Shown: positions 26,090 to 39,471 of the stretch, piece by piece | Layout: each line of letters begins with the position of its first letter | Position numbering within the stretch: position 1 is the stretch's first letter | DNA from: Mobula birostris | Taxonomy: Eukaryota | Assembly (NCBI RefSeq): GCF_030028105.1 | Contig: NC_092378.1 | Span: 107,559,731 to 107,623,730 of the forward strand | Direction: 5' to 3' | Length of the DNA stretch: 64,000 nt | The notes under the pieces: model-generated | What the model was told of the DNA's origin: nothing | Seen by the model: the letters and a program-made list of their open reading frames with translations, nothing else | Database searches by the model: none | Translations under genes and position numbers: made by a program

Positions 26090-26605
26090 TCTGATATGTC
26101 TAACCATGGCCTCCTCTACTGTAAAGATGAAGCCACACTCAGGTTGGAGGAACAACACTTTATATTCCATCTGGGTAGCCTCCAACCTGATGGCATGAAC
26201 ATTGACTTCTCTAACTTCCGCTAATGCCCCACCTCCCCCTCGTACCCCATCCGTTATTTATTTATATACACACATTCTTTCTCTCTCTCTCTCCTTTTTC
26301 TCCCTCCGTCCCTCTGACTATACCCCTTGCCCATCCTCTGCATTCCCCCCCCACCTTTTCCTTCTCCCTGGGCCTCCTGTCCCATGATCCTCTCATATCC
26401 CTTTTGCCAATCACCTGTCCAGCTCCTGGCTCCATCCCTCCTCCTCCTGTCTTCTCCGATCATTTTGGATCTCCCCTTCCCCCTCCCACTTCCAAATCTC
26501 TCAGTTAGTCCTGACGAAGGGTCTTGGCCCGAAACGTCATCTGTACCTCTTCCTAGAGATGCTGCCTGGCCTGCTGCGTTCACCAGCAACTTTGATGTGT
26601 GTTGC
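26090..26605 (+). mobile_element. Penelope-like element 3' end (same family as 9965-10826)
   Basis: High similarity to the reverse complement of 9965-10490; contains a hammerhead-like motif. Confidence 0.85.
26507..26542 (+). ncRNA. Minimal type-I hammerhead ribozyme-like motif (best-preserved core in the window)
   Basis: AGTC-CTGACGA-A-GGGT(CTTG)GCCC-GAAA-C-GTC-ATCT. The core boxes are intact but the stem I 3' arm is mutated in this copy. Confidence 0.5.
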
Positions 26606-26685
26606 TTTAGTAAAATGGGGTGCTATTATAGTGTGGCAGATTGACCCCCGCCTTGCTGAGGCTAGGCGGCAACTCTCAGATATTT

Positions 26686-26778
26686 CAGACATCCCACCCT
26701 GCAAAAACTCATTTCAGGGAGGTAGCACCATCAATTTGCGGGAGACTCCCAGAACTTCCGGGAGGGGTGGGATGTCTG
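26686..26778. mobile_element. 93-bp MITE-like element with perfect 14-bp inverted ends, next to a possible zinc-finger transposase remnant (26877-27010)
   Basis: CAGACATCCCACCC (26686-26699) / GGGTGGGATGTCTG (26765-26778). Confidence 0.55.
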
Positions 26779-27069
26779 CAATAGAGCAGCTGCTTAGCAG
26801 CTAGCCAGCTAGTTTAAATAACGTTAGCTATGTTAATGAACGAATGACACCTGTTAAACTCACCTCAACATGTCTTTTACGATCTTAACCCACCACAGGC
26901 AATAGAAAAGCCACTGTTGCAAACAGCGCAGCGAGCAACATTGTCATTATTTTTGACCCCTGTTAGGCAGGGGTACACTTTAGTGTAGTCTGGGGTGACG
27001 TGTGTTTTAAATTTTCGTTTTATTTTCATAATTATATTTATATTTATATTTTTATATGCATCTGACTTC

Positions 27070-28560
27070 CCCTTAGCAGGGTTCAAACACCCATTAATCT
27101 CTGTGTAAAAACACCTCCCTCTTACATGCCCCTAGATTTTCCTCCCAACACCTTAAAATTATGTCTCCTTGTAAAAGAGACCTTTTGTGCCCAAGAAAAA
27201 ACTGTCCATGCACTCAATCTATGCCTCTTATCATCTTGTATGTCTTTATCTAGTCACCTCTCATTCTCTTTCTTTACAAAGAGGAAGGCCATAGCTCACT
27301 CAACCTATCCTTATAATACTTACACTGCAAACGTGAGGGATCTACGGATGTGAACCAAAAGATCCCTCTGTTCCACTTCACTATTAAGAATCCTGCACCA
27401 ACCTTGTATTCTGCCTTCAAGTTCAACATTCTAAAGTAATTTACTTCACACTTTCCCAGATTGAACTCCATTAACCATTTCTCAGGTCAGCTCTGCATCC
27501 CATCAATGTCCTACTGTAACCTATGACAACCTTCTTCACTATCCACAACACTGCCAAACTTCTTGTTGTGTGGAAACTTACTAACCACCCTTCCACTGAC
27601 TCATCCATCATCTATAAAATTCATAAAGAGAAGGGATCCTAGAAGAAATCCCTATGGGATACCACTGGCCACTAACCTCCAGGCAGGATATGTTCCATCT
27701 ACTACCAACCTCTGCTTTCTGTGGACAAGTTAATTCTGAATCCACCCAGTTAAATTTTCCTGGATCCTTGCCTCCTTTCTAAATGTGCCTACCATGTTGA
27801 ACATTGTCAAATACCTTACCAAAATCCATATACACCAAATCCACTTCTCTGGTCTCATAGATTTGTTTTGTAAAATCCTCAAAGAATTCAATCAGAACCG
27901 TGAGGCAAGACCTATCCCTTACAAAGTCATATTGTTTATCCCTTATCAGACTATGCTTCTCTACATGGTTGTCGATTGTGTCTCTAAGAATGCTTTCCAA
28001 TATTTCACCCACCACTGATGTAAAACTCACTTGCCTATAACTCCCAGCATTATCCCTATTACATTTGCCTCCCTCCAATCCTCTGGTACTATTCCTGTGG
28101 CGAGTGAGGATGCAAACATCATTGTCAGATGTGTAACAATCTCTTCCCTCACTTCCCATAATAACTTGGAGTATATCCTGTCCAAGCCTGGGGACTTACC
28201 TAACCTAAAGTTTTCCGGAAGTTCTAGTGGATCCTCTTTCTTAATATCAACATGTTTTAGTTTATCAGCTTATCCTAAGCTGACCTCTCTTTTATCAAGT
28301 TTCTTCTTGCTTGTGATTACTGAAGCAAAAGATTCATTAAGGAGCTCGGGGCATGTTTCCTCTTTTGTCCCTGATCAGTCCAGTCTTCATGTTTGTGCCT
28401 AATAGCATCATAATTCCCCCTCCACAATTTTACAATTTCATCTAAAGTCCACTCCGATCCATGTCAAAGGTTATGGTAAAGGTCAGGGAGTTGTGGTCAC
28501 TGTCTTCATGATGTTCACCTGCCAAGAGATCTGTCTCCTCTTCTGGTTTAACGTCTTGTA
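27070..28560 (-). mobile_element. Decayed CR1 ORF2 fragment
   Basis: YRQVSFTSVVG, SCLTVLIEFFE and DLVYMDFGKVFD in ORF 27779..28159. Confidence 0.8.
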
Positions 28561-28769
28561 CCAGATCCAATTTTCAGATCAAGGAGCATCATACGGGGAT
28601 CAACCAAGTTCACACCAAGGTGTAGCAATCCAATCATAATCAAGAGAAAATCTGCAGATGCTGGAAATCCTGCTGAAGGGTCTCAGCCCAAAACATTGAT
28701 TGTAAATTTTTCCATAGAGGCTGCCTTGCCTGCTGAGTTCCTCCAGCATTTTGTGTGTGTTCCAAGAGC

Positions 28770-29170
28770 TGTGTTCTGTCCACACTCTAGTATGGATCAG
28801 AGTGACCTTGTCAAGCTGTTGTCATTCCACACCAGGAGCCTCAGGAAGACTCTCTGTATTTTTTGGCAAAGAAAGATCTCCAACCAAGCCCAACTCCTGC
28901 AGTGTCATCATGAAGAAACACTGATGATGGACTGGGCATGTGATGAGAAGAAAGGCCATCTCCATCATCAAGATGGCATGTTATTGGACCCCTGAAGAGT
29001 AGAGGAAACACGGGAGACCAAAGATAAATTGGTGCTGTGATGTAGAGGCTGAAATGAGGCCCTGAATCACACCTGGAGCACAACAGAGAAGATGGCCAAA
29101 GATAGACAGAGATGGAGGATCTTCATTACTGCCCCCTAAATGCCAGAAGCGTAATGAGCAGTAAGTAAGA
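28770..29170 (+). mobile_element. RTE-clade LINE 3' fragment
   Basis: Remnant of WTGHVMR..WTP..RGRPK..W..A.DRQRWR with a short AGTA-repeat tail. Confidence 0.55.
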
Positions 29171-32100
29171 ACCTGATCCAGTAAGGGCTTTCCTCTAGTT
29201 GGCTTTACTCCATACTGAGTCAGGAATCCTTCCTGAACATACCTAACAAATTCTGCCTCATCTAAACGTTTTGCTCTACGGAGGTGTCAATCAATATAAG
29301 GGACGCTGAAGCCACTGATGACAACAAAGATGCTGTACTTACATTTTTTCAAAATCTGCCACCTGATCTGATCCACAGTGTCTCTGTTGTAATTAGGGGA
29401 GTCCATAGAATACCACCAATAGTGTAGTTGTTTCCTTACTGTTTTCACTTCCAACCACAGACTCAGAAGTTGATTTCTTCAGGAGATCTGCATTGTTATA
29501 CTATCCCTGATTAGCAATGCCATTCCTCCCTCCCTGTCTCTTTTGAAACATCTAAACCCCAGAACATCCTCCAACCATTCCTGCTCTTGTGACAGCCAAT
29601 TGTCATGCTATAAGTGAAGCACAACCATATCCAGTGAGGATCCATGTAATGGAACTGTATCCAGTTAGGATCAGTGATGTAACCACTGTAAGTTCATCAC
29701 CCTTGTTCCTGTTAATATCATTACAACAGATACCTTTCAACCCATCCAACAATCCTGCAAATATGCCCATTCCACCACCTATCCTGCCTCGCAGTCTCTC
29801 ATTTACCTTTACAACAATGGCCCCATTCTCTGACCTATCACTCTGGTTCCCATCTGAATCAGAATCAGGTTTAATATCGCTGACACATGTCGTGAAATTT
29901 GTTGTTTTGTGGCAGTAATAATAACAAAAAATATAATTATAAGAGGCATACATAAAACATAAAATAATTTATTAGTGAAAAATGAAGGAAAAATTGTGAG
30001 GTAGTGTTCATGTTTGTGAGTCGTTGTCCATTCAGAAATCAGAAGGGGCGGTGGGGAAGAAACTGTTCCTGAAATCTTGAGTGTGTGTCTTCAGGCTCCT
30101 GTACCTTCTCCTTGATGGCAGCAAAGAGAAGGGGGCATGTCCTGGGTAATGGAGGTATATATTATGAGACAGTATAAATATGATGAACTAAAATGGCTTC
30201 CTCTTTCCTCCTGGAAGTATTTAAAATTAAAAAAGTAAATATGAGGAACATGTTTTTGAGCTTGCCTGCAAGAAATACAGAGAAAGTCAATGGTTGGTAT
30301 TAGTTTTTACGGAATCCTGATATACGACCAGCCCTGGTTGTACGTGATCCACTTGGATCCAAATATTGTAAAAGCCACTCACTTTAGCCCAGTCCTTATC
30401 ATCAGCCAGAATGTCCACCAAACCCCACTTCCCAGATTATTGCCCCACCATCTTTGCCATCTCTGTGAAGAGTTACCAAATGGTTTACAGGTTTGTGAGG
30501 TAATATTTTGCAATACTTATTCAATCTTTATATATATTTTATAGTAATTTGTAGTGCATTTAATGCATGGCACAATACTGCTGCTACATAACAACAAATT
30601 TCATGACATATGCTGCAACAATAAACCTAATTCTGATTCTGATTCTGAAATTCTAAAGCCCTAATGCACTACAAATGGGAGAAGTGGCTGATATTTGCTG
30701 CAGCTGCACTGAATGAGTTGGAGGCAAATAAATTAAGGGCCGCTATAAAAGCGAAAATCAAAGTGATGAACTTAAACCTGTGAGGCTGCAGCCCTACTTG
30801 CTGTGAATCTCAGACAGAAACTCATAGGAAAACATTACTCTTTGAGTGTATTGTACCTGTTCTGACTGTGATCCAAGTCACCGGAGAGGCACTCAAGCTG
30901 ATGATATCGAAGTCTTTACTCAGCCCATTAAACAAACATTCTTCTGGAGAAACACACACAAAATTCTGGAGGAGCTCAGCAGATCAGGCAGCATCTCTGG
31001 AAAAGACTGATGACAGAGAACTGATGAAGGGTCTTGGCCCAAAATGTCAACTGTTTACCCTTTTCCATAGATGCTGCCTGGCCTGCTGAGTATTGTGTGT
31101 TGCTTTGGAATTCCAACAACTGGAGATTTTCTTGTGTTTGTGATTCTTCTGGAGACACTCTTGCAAGAATCTCACAGGCAGCGTCTCTGGAAAATAATGA
31201 ACAGTCAACATTTTGGGTCCAGAATATTCAGCACAAACATGAAGCAAGTAAATGGCTATTATTAATCACCAATCTGCAGCAGCAGCTGATGATGATGCTG
31301 CCCATCATGATTCACTTTCTTCTCCTCTGCAAATGAGAGGAAGATGTGCTTGTGAACATACTGGCTGGGTGATTTGTTAACATCTTGGTGGGTATATACA
31401 AAAAGCTGTGAAATGTGGGTTTAGAACTAGGGTCAGAGTAAAAATAAAGTAAGGGTGTAGTGATGCAAAAGTTAAATAGGAACCATTATAGGTAGAGATT
31501 ACTGGCCAAGTGTAATTGTAGAAGCATAACATAGAGCAGTGTGCAAGAGATGAAACAGCTGGAAAATGACTTAAAAGGCGGGAGGGGGAGATGACGGTGC
31601 ACCTGCATGTGCGCAGCCCTCTGGCGAAAAATGATATCGTATCTGTTAAGTAGGGGCCGTGGACAATTCTGATTTGATGGAGAATGGATGTGAAAGCACA
31701 GAGGAACATCTGGAGAGATTTCTGAAACACCCGTTCACTGCAGTCGTTACTGTGTGGTCGGGAATCTTTTGGAGGGTAGGCCTCAAAATCCCCGGCCTTG
31801 CCTGCTTTTGGCAACCGAGAAGGAGGTCGAATCATTCGGACAGAGATGGCGCTCAGTACTCGGTGTCTTAGAGCTGATCAGAGCTCAAAGCTTTCTGATG
31901 ACTCAGAGTTGGATTGTGGTCGGCATGGCAGGGAGAGTTTTCCTTCCTTCTCCCGTCTGCGTGAGATGTGGGACATTTGAGAAACTTTGAACTTTACTGT
32001 GCTCATGGACTGCTTCATCAAGTTATGGTATTGTTACACTGTTTGTAACTATATGTTATAATTATGTGGTTTTGTCAGTTTTTTCAGTCTTGATTTGTCC

Positions 32101-32213
32101 TGTGTTTTGTGATATCACATCGGAGGAAATAATGTATCATTTCTTAATGATATTGTCTAAATGACAATAAAAGAGGACTACGTGTCTTCATAATCTAAAA
32201 CACTTTCTTAGTT

Positions 32214-32366
32214 CAGGTCGACCTTCACTAATCCGACCACCTATAATCCGGTTCCTTTGATAATCTGGCACTGATTATGCTTAATTGATCCTTCTGTAAT
32301 TCAGTATTTTCATTAATCCAGCACTCCTCAGGTCCCAATGGTGCTGGATTAGTGAAGGTCGACCTG
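32214..32366. mobile_element. Tc1/mariner (Tigger/pogo-like) MITE, 153 bp
   Basis: Perfect 21-bp TIR CAGGTCGACCTTCACTAATCC / GGATTAGTGAAGGTCGACCTG, TA at the right flank, internal TAATCC-type subterminal repeats. Confidence 0.8.
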
Positions 32367-35300
32367 TATTGCCCTTGTGTCTTTGGTATTGATTTTGATT
32401 TAAAATTTATCCTACCAGTGCTTCACAATGAACTCTACAATTTTCAAATACCTCTTCTCCTCTCCACACCATCCATTATTATCTCCAGAACTGCCCGTTG
32501 TGATACACCATGACCCCAGCAACCTTCCTACAAGTTTGAAATGACAGCTGATAATGATGAGAGGCCATGACCACTTCCCCTATAAGATGAATCATCATGG
32601 ACTTAATCTAAACCTCCGATGCCCAATCAGTGGTAGGGCAACCTGTCAATGTACTTCAATGCAACAGACAGCACAGACATTGACTAGACACTTCCATCAT
32701 AATAATGAGGAAGGTCACAAGAGATTACAGATGCTAGAATCTGCAGGCAAAGAACTGAGCTGGAGGTGGAACTCAGTGTGTCAAGCAGTGTTTGAAGAAG
32801 GAAACGGACAGTATGCATTTCTATCAAGACCATTATAAAGAAGTTCTTAGCCTAGCATCTTGGTCTCAGAAATGTTTTGTTTATGAGATGCAGGATATCA
32901 GCTCCATCGGTGGGTTAAGATAAAGTCAGATGTGTAAGTGTTACAGTGGAGTAAAGGGAATTACAGAGACATGAGAGAGGAGCTGACCAAAGTAGATTGC
33001 AAGGGGATACTAGCAGGGATGATGGCTGGAGATTCTGGGGGAATTTAGAAGGCACAGGACAGATACATCCCAAAGATGCAGAGTATTCTAAAGGGAGAAT
33101 GAGGTTCAACAAGAGAAGTCAAAGTCCAAATGAAAGGAATAAAGAGAGCACACAATATAGCAAGTTGTATTAAGTTGGAGAATTGGGAAACTTAAAAACC
33201 AACAGAAGGCAAGTGAAAAAAATGTAAATAGTGAAAAAATGAAATATGAAGGTAAGTAGTCACTAATATAACAGAGGATACCACAGATTTTTCAGATATA
33301 TAAGAAGTAAAAGAGAGTGGATATTGGACTGCTGGAAAAGGATGCTGGGGAGTTCGTAATTGGGGCTAAGAAATGGCAGAAGAACTTAATAAGAATTTAA
33401 TGTCAGTCTTAACCGTGGATTGAAACTAGTGAAAAAGAATCTCAGGGTTGTATGTGGTGGCATGTATGTACCCTGATAATAAATTTTACTTTGAACTTTG
33501 AACTTTTTCATCGTATGCCAGAAGTATGAGTGCTGAGGGAAAAAGTGAGTGAAGTTGCTATCACTAAAGAGAAGGTGCTTGGGAATCTGAAATATCTGAA
33601 GGTAGTTTCGCCACCTGGACCAGATGAACTTCCCCCAGTTTTGTAAGAGGTAGATGAAGAGATTGTGGAGGTATTAGTAATTATCTTTCAAAATTCTATC
33701 AGTACCTCCAGTTGAATTCTGTCTTTTTGTATGTTTCCCCTTAGCTGTCAGCCTATGGTTTTGTATCGCCATGTGCTCCTGCTCTACTCTGGCCCCTGTA
33801 TTATTGAGTACTTTGTGTCTCATCTGCTTCTCATTATTACCTGTATTGCTGCCACCTGTGTCTCATTGTGCTCTACTTATCATCTGCCTCTGTTTATTGC
33901 TCAGTGTATTTCAGTCCTGTGTTGTCACCTGTTTGTTGCCAGATTGTACCAGTGAATTTTCCTGAGCCTTTCCAGCATTGCAATCTGTACTCTGTCCATC
34001 TGAATATTGACTCTGCCTGTTTCCCTATTCTGGTTTTTGGATTTCTCTGGATGTTTTGATCTCTGCCTGAACTTTGATGTCGACTTTGTTTGCACTTTAG
34101 GATTTGTTACTCAATTAACATCACTGTTTGCACAGTATTTGGTCTGTGATTAGATCCCTGTTCCAGTGCCCTGACAGATTTACTATATTCTGGAATGGTT
34201 CTGGAGGACTGGAAATGCAAATTTCACTCCACTCTTTCGGAAGGGAAGCAGAAGAAAGGAAATTATAGGCCAGTTAGTCTGACCTCAGTAATTGGGGTGA
34301 TGTTGGAGTCCATTATTAAGGTTAAGGTCCTGGGGTACTTGAAGGCAAATGATAAAATTCACCAAAGACATCATGGTTTCTTTAAGGGGAAATCTTCCCT
34401 GACAAATCTGTCGGAATACTTTGTGGAAATAATTGGCAAGATGGTTAAAGGACAGTCAGTAGATATTGTTTATTTGGTTTTTCAGAAGGTCTTTGACAAA
34501 GTGCCACACATGAGGCTACATGACAACATAACAGCCCATGGTATTACAGGGAAGATACTAGCATCGATAGAAGATTAGCTGACTGACAGGATGCTAAGGG
34601 GGGGTGGGAATAAAGGGGGCCTCTTGATTGGCTGCCGTTTTCTTGTTGTTTTCCACTGGGGGCATGTTGGGACCACACTTCTTTTCATGTTATGTATCAG
34701 TGACTTGGATGTTGGGTGGTGGGCATGTAGTGCTGAACAAACAGGGAGTCTGTAAAAGGAATTAGACAGTTTGGGAGATGGGTAAAGAAGTGGCAGATAG
34801 AACACAGTGCAGGGAAGTGAATGGCTGTGCACTTTGGTAGACAGTATACAGGCAAAGACTATTTTCTAAATGGTTAGAAACTTCAGATATCAGAGGTGCA
34901 TGCAAATGTAATAATGCAAGGGAAGGTAATAAAAGAATGCACAATGGTGTTGCAGTTACAAAAAAGAAGTTCACTGCTGATGGACAATAAGGTGCAACTC
35001 TATAATGATGTAGGTTGTTAGATTGACAATCCATCTTGTCATACAAGTGGGCTATTTCAGAGTTCCAAGTTTTAAGTTTGAAGTTAAAAGTGAATTTATT
35101 AACAAAGTACGTAAATGTCACTATATACAACCCTGAGATTCATTTTCTTTTGGGCATAATTGGTAAATCCAAAAACCATAATAGAATCAATGAAAGATGC
35201 AACCAATGTGCAAAAGATAACAAACTGTGCATATACAAAAATGAAAAAAAAAACAAACAAGTAAGCAATATGTATTGTGAGCCTGAGATGAAGAATCCAT

Positions 35301-37722
35301 AGGTTGTGGGTACTTTTCAGTGATGGGGCGAGTGAAGTTGAATGAAGTTAACTCCACTGGTTGAAGAGCATGTAGGTTGAGAGGTAGCAGTGTTCCTGAA
35401 CATGGTGGTGGGGGTCCTGAGGATTCTGTCCCTCCTTCCAGATGGTAGCAGTGAGAAGAGAACATGACCTGGGTGATAGGGGTTCCTGATGGTGGTTAAT
35501 GCTTTTGTATGACTATGTACTGTGCTGATGTGTGGAATGGAGGGAACAACTTTACCAGTAATGATCTGAGCCATATCCACTATTTTTATGGTTTTATAGA
35601 AAATGCAATTAAAGCTATCCTTGAGCCTAATGGTACCTGCTTTTAAGGTTTTTGTGTCTCCTGCCTGATGGGGGGAAGGGGAGAGAAAAGGGAATGTTCA
35701 GGCAAAGGCAATTGAAGTCTGTTATTTTTTACATTTAGTGTAAACCCTCACTTCTTATTCAATGTCTAAACACCTAATTCTAGTATTTCTTGTTACGGCT
35801 GGTACATTTATTTAGAAAGTCTGAGTGTTCAACTCCAGGTCCCACAAAATACATCATACCCATCCCATGTATTCAGCTGTAAGATCTGGGCATAGAAGGG
35901 ATGTAATTGTCGTTCTTTCTCCATGGGTCATCCTTTCCTGATTTACTCACAAACTTGAGACAGTGCGGGATCTTTTGCTAGCTACTGTCTGATTTACATC
36001 TTACTCACAGGCAGCGTATCCAGACGAATATTGGTCAGTACTTGCCCTCTGTTCCTACACCAGCAGTCATTTCTGCCACCAGAGAACAACCAAGTGTATC
36101 CATTCCATGGCATTGCTTGCCTGTGAAATCAATTTTAAAAAGCTTAGCTTTATTTGTCACATGCAGATTGAAACATTCAGTGAAATGCCTCATTCATGTC
36201 GTCAAATCAAATCAGCAAGGGTTATGCTGGGCATTCCACAAGGGTCAGCAAGCTTCTAGTACCAACATCGCATGCCCACTTTTGACTAGCCCTAAAGCAT
36301 AGGTTTGGAATGAGGGAGGAAGCCAGAACCCCAGGAGGAAATGTACACAGTCTCGAGGAGAATGCACGAGCATCTTGCAAACAGCGAGGGGGAATTGAAT
36401 CCAAATTTTACAAGCGGAGATGTAAGCAATTGAATTAAACACCAAGCTACTGTGCCACTACATTTTTTGTAGTATTTTAAATATTGTCTCAAAACCAAAG
36501 CACATCTATGAACATATGAACCACAGGATTAATCACATGGAACGCTGAAATCAGGAGTTTGTGAGCTGTGACAATGTGCAGTGATATCCATTAATGTAGA
36601 TGTTGGTGGTTTCCGTGCCAGAGAGCACCTTTACTTTGCTACAGCTGGTGATCTGGAAATAAACACTCATTTTCTTTTCACTTTATATCCAATGGGGCCA
36701 CACTGAATGGCGGTGTTCACAAGATAGGGTTCATCTCTCTGCAGATTAGAAGATTGGATTATAGAAGGTGCCCCAATTGAAACACAATTGCAACCCCTGC
36801 ACTCCCAGAACTTAGAGCTGTATGTATGGGATAGATGAGTTATGTGGAAGCTCGAGTTGAACTCCCACACGTTGGAAATAAATGTACCAGCTGTGCTCCA
36901 CCTCCACTTTACACCTGTTGCAGCAACTGAGATGAGCTTTGCTAAACTTGAGAATTATTTCTGAAAATAGGACTAGGCCTCTGTTTACTTTCAACGTAAG
37001 TCATGTTTTCAGCAGTGAACTGTGACAGTGCGTCACAGTGATCTGTCCATGTTGGTCTGAGTGTGAAAGACCACAACCAAAGCTATTGTGGACATTTTCC
37101 TTGTTTTAAAGTAGACTGTTGGTGGATTTTCATTCTCTCCACCTTTAGTTTTACACTGAAAAATTGTATTACTTTATCGATTCTGTATGCTACAATATAT
37201 TTTTTTAGCAAAAGTGCGGGTGTTAGCTCAGTCATCAAATTTCTTTTATAAAATGGCCCACTGAATAATAATTAGCTCATTACTCAGTGTAGGCAATCTT
37301 TATACATGAATCAAAACTATGTGCTATTGTTGTACAACATTGGTCTAATATGGGATGGCGGTGGGAGAATCGGCGAGGCATTAATGGATTGTGTGGAAGG
37401 ATGGATACAGAAAATCTCAGAGCTTTCGAATTTCTTTGAAGACTAGCAGTTTGTCAATAGATTGAATGGCATCATATCTTGTTCTGAAATGTGAGAAATT
37501 GACTGCTACCTTTCCCCATAGTACAGCATTAGTTTATTTCTAAAGTACTTCAGCAGATGAAAAATGCTTTGACCTGTCCTGGGACAGTGAAAGGTCCTAC
37601 AGCACAATGTCTGCTTTTTAACAACAAACCATTGTTCATCTCAACATTGACCAAGTCAAAGATCTTTTAATTTTCATTCTCTAGAGATGAAGAGTTTACC
37701 TCTGTGACAGAAATATTGTTTC

Positions 37723-37728
37723 TTTATT
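37723..37728 (-). terminator. beta-2 polyadenylation signal AATAAA
   Basis: Homologous to the beta-1 signal. Confidence 0.65.
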
Positions 37729-37928
37729 GAGGAAAAGGGAATGTTTGCAGACATTTTCCAAACATTGAGGAAAATGACCATACAAGGAGGAGTATTGTGC
37801 CACCTTTACATTAGCATGACTTGAACCTGATGCTACACAGGTCCTTTAAGCAAAAAACACATTGTAAATGCTGATAATACATTTTTTCATTGCATTTCTG
37901 AAGGTGGTGGAGGATGCAGGTTATAGAT

Positions 37929-39230
37929 TTAATGGTAGTTGCTGGAGAGAGCTTCTGTCACCAGTTTAAAAAACTTGTAGGCAGCTTCATGTTCCTCTGG
38001 TCCGAATCCTTTTTTATCACAAAGAGCGAGTTCAACAATGAAGGCCTGGCTGAGAAGCTGTGAAGAAAAACAATAATTATACAACACTGAAACAAAATTG
38101 GAAAGCAAAGCTCAAACCTCCAATGACTTCATACAGAGTAGCCCAGAAGTCCATGTTGTCCTCTGGGTCGATGTCAGCACTCAGTGGTGCAAACATATAA
38201 GTCTTTTCCCATATCCTTGCCTCATGTGCCCATCAAAGCCTTTTTGATTCTTTTTGCCAAACAGAAGCTAAGTAACCTAAAGCACAGCAAACTGCAGCAA
38301 CACAGTGATCTTCTTGGAGCAGCAATGTCGAAAAAATTTTTGCATTTGTCAGATGGTGAGTGAAGGGACGTTGAAATCAATTTGTGTTCCTGTGCAACCT
38401 GTCCTAATCTAGCACATGAATTGTTGAGTGAGCATCCTATGTGAATAGCTCTCAATAAAGTGATTAAACTTTCTAACCTGTGACCCCCCCACCCAGATCT
38501 AATTATTCGGAAAACTAGAGGACTGCCTTTTGCACAGCAATCAGGTCTCCTCCTTTTCCTTGGGGTTCAATCCACTATGCTTGGTTGCCATGTTTGTTAT
38601 GACACTGTAATTGAGAAGTATTTATAGCACCCCTTTAGTGAAAACGCACACAACTTCGGTCTCTACCTTGAAGTTTTGAGTGTCCACTCCGATTTTTTGA
38701 TGTTTACCGCTGAGTTCATGGAAATTCTTTTCAATACTCCTCAAATCTTTAATTGCAGTGTTTAGAGCCTTTAGCACTTTGTCTGCATGAGCCTGAACAC
38801 CAGGGTCACAGGCTGCAAAGTGGCCATTGAAATTCTTAAACAGCCTGGTCGTCCAGGGATAGACTGCGAATACCCTAGAATGATTAAAAAAAAACAAATT
38901 GCCCACTTTCTGTTAAGATAACTTAAAATTAATTTATTTCTCAAAGCACATCGAGGAAATTTTTATCTAGTAAAGAGTTGAGTTTGATTAGAATCTCAAG
39001 GCAGTGTTGACTACTAATTCCCTCACCCTATTAGAATATCTAGGCAAGTATAGAAAATCAAAGAACCTTCACTGGAACCATTGTTGATAATAGAGTGCAT
39101 GATTTAAACACAAAACAGAAAATACATTTTCATCATACCTTGCCAAGGCTTGGGCAGTTATTGTTTCCTTATCCAAATGGTCCCATTTGTTCATTATGTA
39201 TTGTTCCTGTGCATCTGTTAATTTCACCAT
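37929..39230 (-). CDS. hbb: Haemoglobin beta chain (copy 2), complement(join(37929..38057,38667..38874,39139..39230)), 142 aa
   Basis: Translation: [142 protein letters not shown]. Exon sizes 92/208/129 match copy 1. Exon 2 is visible in ORF 38622..38906. Confidence 0.97.
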
Positions 39231-39300
39231 TTTGGCTGTTAACCTGTTACTGTCACTACTCGCACAAGAAAGCTGTGTTGATCTGGAGTTTGGACCTCAC

Positions 39301-39471
39301 TTTTATAGGCTGCAATAAGGCTAATCTCAGACTAACACTCAAATGTAATAGGTTGACCACCTGATGGGTTGGACACACTTCCCAAAAGTGGGCAGCAAAG
39401 CTTCTGTATTTGTGTGTTAAGATAAACACCTGCTGATCAATTGCTAGTCTGAGCCCCAATTCTGCCTATCT
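39301..39471 (-). promoter_or_regulatory. beta-2 promoter (TATAAAA 39301-39307; GATA sites 39420-39425 and 39466-39471)
   Basis: TATA box about 70 nt upstream of the ATG plus two WGATAR matches. Confidence 0.75.

Noticed and set aside
30744-30750. Plus-strand TATAAAA as the promoter of an unknown gene
   Set aside because: No convincing ORF or exon structure follows, and the downstream sequence is repeat debris.
19810-32505. Additional globin gene or pseudogene in the spacer
   Set aside because: No globin exon motifs were recognised on either strand by eye; TBLASTN would be needed to exclude a very decayed remnant.
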